From positions 3,744,001-3,808,000 of the forward strand of contig OZ242296.1 of assembly GCA_965207735.1 (NCBI GenBank): a stretch of DNA of 64,000 nucleotides, in the 5' to 3' direction. A program made the translations under genes and the position numbers. Origin of the DNA: Candidatus Versatilivorator sp. Lineage in GTDB: Bacteria; Acidobacteriota; Terriglobia; Versatilivoradales; Versatilivoraceae. Below the pieces are notes generated by a model. That model searched no databases. It saw only the letters and a program-made list of their open reading frames with translations, and was not told the DNA's origin. Positions 58,828 through 64,000 of the stretch are shown here, piece after piece (the stretch's first letter is position 1; the number at the start of each line of letters is the position of its first letter).

Positions 58828-60408
58828 ATGGCGTCCCGCACTGTCACATTGCCTGCCGCCGTGGTTGGCTTGTGCCTTTTCGCCTACTCCCAATCGTCCC
58901 AGCCTACTATCGAAGAAGCCTGGAATGACCTGTTGGGCAGTCCCGCTCACGGTAGCACCAAGAGCCTTCTGGTCTCCCCGGAACCTTCCGCCCCCAAGAG
59001 TTCCGGGCAGGATCTTTCCGACCATTTTTTCTACAACACCCGTTCCGAGTATGTTCACCAGCACGCCACCTTCAGCGGCCTGCCCACCCTGACCGGCGTC
59101 GTCGACCGCGAGCCGGGACCGGTGGCCGATCCCGAGGCCATTCCTTTTCCGGGTGCTTTTCAGCCTCACTCGGGCCATTTCTACTCGTCAATGAACTGGG
59201 GAACCCGGGGATGGCTTTCGCCGCGAATCAATACCAATTTTTCCCTCCGCTATCGCCAGGACCTGTGGGACCTGGACATCGGCTCTCCCGCCCGGTCGGT
59301 GGCGAATACGTTTTCAGGGAATCGGCTCTTCGAGCTGACCACCGGCGTGGTCGAGTTGAACGGGTTGACCGGGCAGGGGACTCTTGGCGATTCGACCCTG
59401 CGCCTGGGCCGGCAGAACATCTACGGCGCCGAGATGGCGACGGTGGACGGATTTTCGTTCGCCCTGGATCGGCCGAAGTACCGGGTAAATCTTTTCGGAG
59501 GCCGGCGCTTTACCTATTACTCCAACCCACGGCAGCGGGCCATCGGTGGCGGAAGCCTCGGTTTCCGGCTGCCGGGAGGCGGCAGCTTCGAGTACCAGGG
59601 CCTGTTCTATGTCAAAGGGATCCACCGGTTGGTTTTTCGCCAGCCATTGGAGCCCTCCTGGAGGGTGGGGGCTCACTACAAATCGGTCGGTTCCAGGCCC
59701 GTAGACCTTGGCGCCTACCTCGGTTACCTGCCTGAAGACGGGCGTACGGGAGCACGGTTCACCTTTGCCCAGAAGCTGTCCCAACACGACTTCATCTATG
59801 ATTACACCGTTTGGATTAGAGACCGGGATTCCTTCAATCGCCTGAGGCGACTGAACTTCGGCATTATTTCGCCCCACCGTCAGTTTTCCGTCGAGGCCCA
59901 TAGGCAGATTTTCGAGGCGGCCACGGTGGGGGGAGCCGTTTGGGTGCGTCGCTTGAATCGGGATAGCGATGCCGGTCCCTTCGACACCTCGTTTGAGGAC
60001 TATCGAACCCATCTCAAGCTGTTCCCTCTGCGACGAACAACCGTGCTGTTGGAGTTTCACCGCCGGCGCACCGACCGCCCCAGCCCTCTTGGGATCCAGG
60101 GCTTCGACGATGTGCGCAACGCCGGTGAGACCCGCGTGCGGGACGTCGGCCTTGAAGTCAGCCGCTCCTTCGGCGACGACCGACTGGGGCTTACCCTCGG
60201 GGGCTACCACCGAGAGATCGACTTGCAGAATCGATTCTTTTTCATAGACAGAGCCCATGTTTTGGGCGCCACCGGCGGGGCCTGGTTTCGGCTGGATCGC
60301 CGCACCCGCCTCTACTTCCGTTACGGGCTGGATGAGGACTTCAACATCTTCAGACCCAGCCTGCAACGATTTCGAACCTATCGCATGGGATTGGACTGGA
60401 AGCTCTGA
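58828..60408 (+). CDS. Putative outer-membrane beta-barrel protein
   Basis: Signal peptide, alternating aromatic/Gly/Arg-rich strands, LRLGRQ, terminal strand YRMGLDWKL. Confidence 0.7.
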   Translation: MASRTVTLPAAVVGLCLFAYSQSSQPTIEEAWNDLLGSPAHGSTKSLLVSPEPSAPKSSGQDLSDHFFYNTRSEYVHQHATFSGLPTLTGVVDREPGPVADPEAIPFPGAFQPHSGHFYSSMNWGTRGWLSPRINTNFSLRYRQDLWDLDIGSPARSVANTFSGNRLFELTTGVVELNGLTGQGTLGDSTLRLGRQNIYGAEMATVDGFSFALDRPKYRVNLFGGRRFTYYSNPRQRAIGGGSLGFRLPGGGSFEYQGLFYVKGIHRLVFRQPLEPSWRVGAHYKSVGSRPVDLGAYLGYLPEDGRTGARFTFAQKLSQHDFIYDYTVWIRDRDSFNRLRRLNFGIISPHRQFSVEAHRQIFEAATVGGAVWVRRLNRDSDAGPFDTSFEDYRTHLKLFPLRRTTVLLEFHRRRTDRPSPLGIQGFDDVRNAGETRVRDVGLEVSRSFGDDRLGLTLGGYHREIDLQNRFFFIDRAHVLGATGGAWFRLDRRTRLYFRYGLDEDFNIFRPSLQRFRTYRMGLDWKL

Positions 60409-60481
60409 TTCGAACCTGTAGCAAGATTCCACTCTCTGTTGTTTCATGAAGATGCTCGATTCCGGATATTGCAAAAGGCTC

Positions 60482-61780
60482 ATGAGAAAGCGCGTGTCCC
60501 GACTGGTCGGCCTGATGCTGCTAACTGCCTCCGGGGTGGCGTTGACCTTTAACCACGGTGGCGCCGAGGAAACCCGCGCCGGTTCCACCGACTACCACTT
60601 GCATGATCGCCACGTGGGGCAACTTGGCCTGGAATGCAATGACTGCCATGTGCCGAAGCAACCGGAATCGGTGGTCCTGGCCCGGCCGGGCCACGCTCAA
60701 TGCCTCTCCTGTCACCCGGAGGACTTTCAGGGCCTACCGGGTGTTGACCTCTGCCAGGCGTGCCATGCCGCCTTGCAACCCACGGGCTCCGACGACCTGC
60801 GTCCCTATCCCGAATTCAGCAAGCCCCAGGCGCTCCTGTTCCGCTTCTCTCATGCACAGCACCTGGACAAGACGGAGCGCCTGGATCCGGCTACCGGGTT
60901 TCGCGCCGACTGCACCTTTTGCCACAAATTTGAGGGAGAGGGGGATTTCGCAGGATTTCCCGGTCATGCTGAATGCGCCGCTTGTCACTCCAAGCCCAAC
61001 ATCCTTCCCGACCTCACGGCCAAGTCCACCAGCGCCGATTGCAGGCAGTGCCATGGTGCGGTTGAGCGAGAAAACCCGGGCTTCAGCAAGGAGCGGCGCC
61101 TGGCAGGGACTCACCAGGAATCAGGGGCGGCGGTAAACCTGAAATTCGCCCATCTGCCCCATCTCCAATCAGACGGGGCGGAGCGTATCTCGTGCATCAC
61201 CTGCCACTACGAAATCCCACAGAGTGAGCGCCTCGCCGATCTTAGCCATCCGGATGTTCTGGACTGCGTGGCTTGTCACGACGGGCAGCAGGAGTTGGTG
61301 TCCCATTTCAGGATGGAAGACTGCCAGGCCTGCCACCTCGACGCTCGGGAGGGAGTCCTGCCTGCCAGCCACAGCCGCAGCCTGAAGCCCCTGTCCCACA
61401 CCGCAGGTTTCCGAAGGCACCACCAGGAAGAAGCCTCGGCGGGGAATAGCAAGTGCTTCGTTTGCCACACCCATGTGTCGCCTGCTGTTCGCACGGGGGG
61501 AGATTGCGCCGCTTGCCACCAGGTCATGCGACCCCTTTCCCACACGGCGCGCTGGCGCGATGCCATCCATGGGAAGCAGGCGGCCCTGGACCGCCAGGCG
61601 TGCGCCGTTTGCCACACGGCCGACACCTGTTCCCGATGTCACAACCAACTTCCCAGAAGCCACTTTCCGCTTGCCTTGTTCAAGGCCGGAGCTCACGCCG
61701 ATATGGCCACCTTGCAGTTGCGTTCCTGCTTTACCTGCCACACCTTCGAGGACACCTGTGCAGCCTGCCACTTGCCGTAG
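60482..61780 (+). CDS. 15-heme c-type cytochrome (c3/c7-like plus diheme repeats)
   Basis: 15 CxxCH counted; FSHAQH and FAHLPH c3/c7-type His motifs; N-terminal hydrophobic signal; alternative start 60446. Confidence 0.93.
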   Translation: MRKRVSRLVGLMLLTASGVALTFNHGGAEETRAGSTDYHLHDRHVGQLGLECNDCHVPKQPESVVLARPGHAQCLSCHPEDFQGLPGVDLCQACHAALQPTGSDDLRPYPEFSKPQALLFRFSHAQHLDKTERLDPATGFRADCTFCHKFEGEGDFAGFPGHAECAACHSKPNILPDLTAKSTSADCRQCHGAVERENPGFSKERRLAGTHQESGAAVNLKFAHLPHLQSDGAERISCITCHYEIPQSERLADLSHPDVLDCVACHDGQQELVSHFRMEDCQACHLDAREGVLPASHSRSLKPLSHTAGFRRHHQEEASAGNSKCFVCHTHVSPAVRTGGDCAACHQVMRPLSHTARWRDAIHGKQAALDRQACAVCHTADTCSRCHNQLPRSHFPLALFKAGAHADMATLQLRSCFTCHTFEDTCAACHLP

Positions 61781-61799
61781 GGACCATCGGAAGGTTCCC

Positions 61800-63011
61800 A
61801 TGAAACGCAGAGAGTTCCTGGCTGCCGCGACCGCCACTCCGGCAATGCTGCTTGCCCGCACCGGGGCCGGTGGAACGCCGACCGAGTCAGGGAAGAATTT
61901 CTTGATGGAGCACGGTTTTTGGGACTATACCACCCCGGGCGCCGGAGGAATGGAGTCTTACGGGCAGGACGACTATCTCTCCCTGCTCGACGACATGGCC
62001 GGGGCGGGCATGAACTCCCTGATGATCTACGTGAAGTGGCTGACTACGGGTTACCGGTCCCGACTCCCGTTCCAGGATCAGTCTCCCGAAAACCCGGTCA
62101 TCGCCTCCGACAATTCCCTGCTGCAGCGGACCATCGAGGAGGCGGGTCAACGGGGGATCAAGGTCTGGCTGGGAGGCGCGGTGACCTATTTCGACACCTC
62201 CAGGTTTCGAGCCGATCCCTACCGAACTTACACTCGGTTGAGCGGATTCGATCTGCCGGTGGAGGTGGGGTTGTTCGATACCGACACCCCAGGGCTCAGC
62301 GAGCGCATCGTTCAGATCTACGAGGAACTGGTGGAGCTGTTTCCGGGCGCCGGGGGCCTGGAGGTGGAGCTTGAAGGGGCCGGAGTCGAGAGCGCCCGCC
62401 GAATCCCGCTCTATGATCGATGGGCCCGGGAAAACGGGCGTCCGCCGTTTGTGGAGCTGGGCCACCCGTTCAACCCCCGATCGTTCGATGTTCCCGACTG
62501 GCGGGACTACACCACCGATTCCCGCCTGAGGGTGCTCCGGGCCGTAGAAGATGCCGTGCGGGCCAAGGGGTTTCGGGGGGACCTGGCGACGATCTGCGAA
62601 ACGGGCTCCAGGCCCTACGCCCTGGGTCAGGCCGTCAACCTGAGGGAATTCCACAGGCGCTTTCCCGATTGGACCGCCACCACCTACGAGTACGACAAGT
62701 GGAACCACCGCTATGGGATGATGGATCTCTGCATCGACCATCCCAAGCGGGAAGGGGTCCAGGTGTTTTATCTCCCCCGAGGAGTCATGACCTGGGGAAG
62801 CCGGTGGCCCCTGCCGATCGCCCTGGAGCAAAGTTGGCGGATGGACCTGGAAGACATTCGAAGATTCAAGCCCCGGGGAGTCTGGTGGTTCGGAAGCGGG
62901 GGACGCAGCGAGGGCGCTCACGTGAGTCTTGCCAGGCTGAAGCAGTCCGGCTTCAGCAGCGGCAAGGAGGCGCGGCGGGCCTTGCTGAGGGCGGCTTCGG
63001 AACTTGTCTGA
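61800..63011 (+). CDS. Tat-exported TIM-barrel-like hypothetical protein
   Basis: MKRREFL signal; LDDMAGAGMN, A.QRGIKVWLG pattern. Confidence 0.72.
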   Translation: MKRREFLAAATATPAMLLARTGAGGTPTESGKNFLMEHGFWDYTTPGAGGMESYGQDDYLSLLDDMAGAGMNSLMIYVKWLTTGYRSRLPFQDQSPENPVIASDNSLLQRTIEEAGQRGIKVWLGGAVTYFDTSRFRADPYRTYTRLSGFDLPVEVGLFDTDTPGLSERIVQIYEELVELFPGAGGLEVELEGAGVESARRIPLYDRWARENGRPPFVELGHPFNPRSFDVPDWRDYTTDSRLRVLRAVEDAVRAKGFRGDLATICETGSRPYALGQAVNLREFHRRFPDWTATTYEYDKWNHRYGMMDLCIDHPKREGVQVFYLPRGVMTWGSRWPLPIALEQSWRMDLEDIRRFKPRGVWWFGSGGRSEGAHVSLARLKQSGFSSGKEARRALLRAASELV

Positions 63012-63378
63012 AACAAACGACAAACGACAAAAGACAAACGACTTATCCACGAAGGGGCACGAAGGACCACGAAGGGGCACTAAGGCGCTGAGGTTAACCG
63101 CGACGGGGTACCAAGTTCGTGAAGGGTTGATCGATTTCTGATTGTTTCACTCTATGTATGATCCGCACACCAGGGCGGGGGCCCGGCTTGTCTGAAACAA
63201 ACGACAAAAGACAAAAGAAAAAGACATTTTCACGAAGGGGCACGAAGGAACGACAAAGGACCACTAAGGCGTTGGGGTTAACCGTGACGGGATACCAAGG
63301 TTAGGAAGGGATGATCAATTTCTGATTGTTTCATTCTCGTATGATCTGCTTATCCTGTCCATCCTGTGCATCCATGTT
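63003..63378 (+). repeat. Two tandem copies of unit A plus an orphan palindrome arm
   Basis: CTTGTCTGAAACAA at 63003 and 63187; TTGTTTCA at 63142 and 63326; ATCCTGTCCATCCTGTGCATCCATGTT at 63352. Confidence 0.9.
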
Positions 63379-63530
63379 GAATGAATGGTCCTTCTCGATG
63401 GATCTACCCCGTCGCGGCGGTGAGGGGGCAGGGTTCGCGAGCAAACCGGGAGTTTCCCAAAGGGCGCAGGCCGGCTTTCAGCGAAGTCACCCTCCGGAAA
63501 CTTTCAACCGTACTATTGGGACGACACCAC

Positions 63531-63556
63531 CCGGGAGCGCGGGCGTTCCGCCCGCA
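63531..63556. repeat. REP-like hairpin, type 2
   Basis: CCGGGAGCGCGGGCGTTCCGCCCGCA. Confidence 0.75.
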
Positions 63557-63770
63557 TCCTCTCCCATGGGTTGCCGCTCAGTTTCCCAGCGATCTTATCA
63601 AGAGTGCAGCCCTGCTGAGCCACCAAGTCTCCCCACGGCTTCTGTTGGGTCCGGCCGGGACAGTGTGCCATAATCGCCATAGTGGAAGTTCGGCAAATGC
63701 CTGTCGCAGTTCACCTCGGCGGACGACCCCGATGCCGGATTGCGGGAGTCCCCATAAACCTTATCGACCC

Positions 63771-64000
63771 ATGGGAATGATTCTTCCAGTGTTGGTGGTG
63801 ATTTCCCTGCTGTGGCCAGGCACGGCCCTGGGCGGGGAGGAGCCGGCTCAGGAGCAGGGCCGGCCGGTGCAGGTCCTGGACTACGGCTACGTCTCGTCGG
63901 AGGAGTGCCGAAGCTGCCATCCTCAGAACCATGCCAGTTGGCACGCCTCCTACCACAGGACCATGACCCAGGTCGCAACCCCCGAAGCGCTGGCTATTCC
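63771..64000 (+). CDS. N-terminus of a c-type (probably multiheme) cytochrome, truncated by window edge
   Basis: Not in track. MGMILPVLVVISLLWPGTALG...GYVSSEECRSCHPQNHASWHASYHRTMTQVATP. Confidence 0.85.
   Translation, partial: MGMILPVLVVISLLWPGTALGGEEPAQEQGRPVQVLDYGYVSSEECRSCHPQNHASWHASYHRTMTQVATPEALAI

Noticed and set aside
63003-63350. CRISPR reading of GTTTCA...TGAAAC junction repeats
   Set aside because: Repeat about 58 bp, intervening sequences about 125 bp and homologous to each other, at most two units, no cas genes

Overview
GC-rich bacterial window. The gene content (GWxTD protein, ASPIC/UnbV CRTAC1-like proteins, Oar-like TonB receptor, DUF1501/PSD1 pair, many Tat substrates) suggests Acidobacteriota, which is an inference. 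Left end (1-2600): decaying accessory island with higBA, hicB plus a frameshifted hicA, and a HEPN-like remnant. 2900-28400: an IS1182 element with CTAG duplication, a DUF1501/PSD1 pair and a large small-molecule catabolic region (aldolases, SDRs, AKR, cupins, Tat TIM-barrel paralogs, transporters). 28500-38000: M50-CBS peptidase, DUF512 radical SAM protein, pgsA-like gene, tRNA-Val(CAC), vapBC, SSS transporter, hemL and hemB. 38900-51300: envelope module (two CRTAC1-like, two TPR, GWxTD, TonB receptor with a sigma54-type promoter, parDE). 51900-64000: the strongest candidate for an undescribed system, made of a divergent tandem-FecR gene, an IPT/TIG surface protein, a pentaheme cytochrome, a TPR protein, a predicted beta-barrel and a 15-heme cytochrome (putative porin-cytochrome conduit), with another c-type cytochrome starting at the window edge. 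A second notable signal is a modular non-coding repeat family (TGAAACAA...TTGTTTCA plus hairpin tail) at four loci, carrying different cargo and overwriting gene ends. All calls come from manual motif reading; no searches were run.
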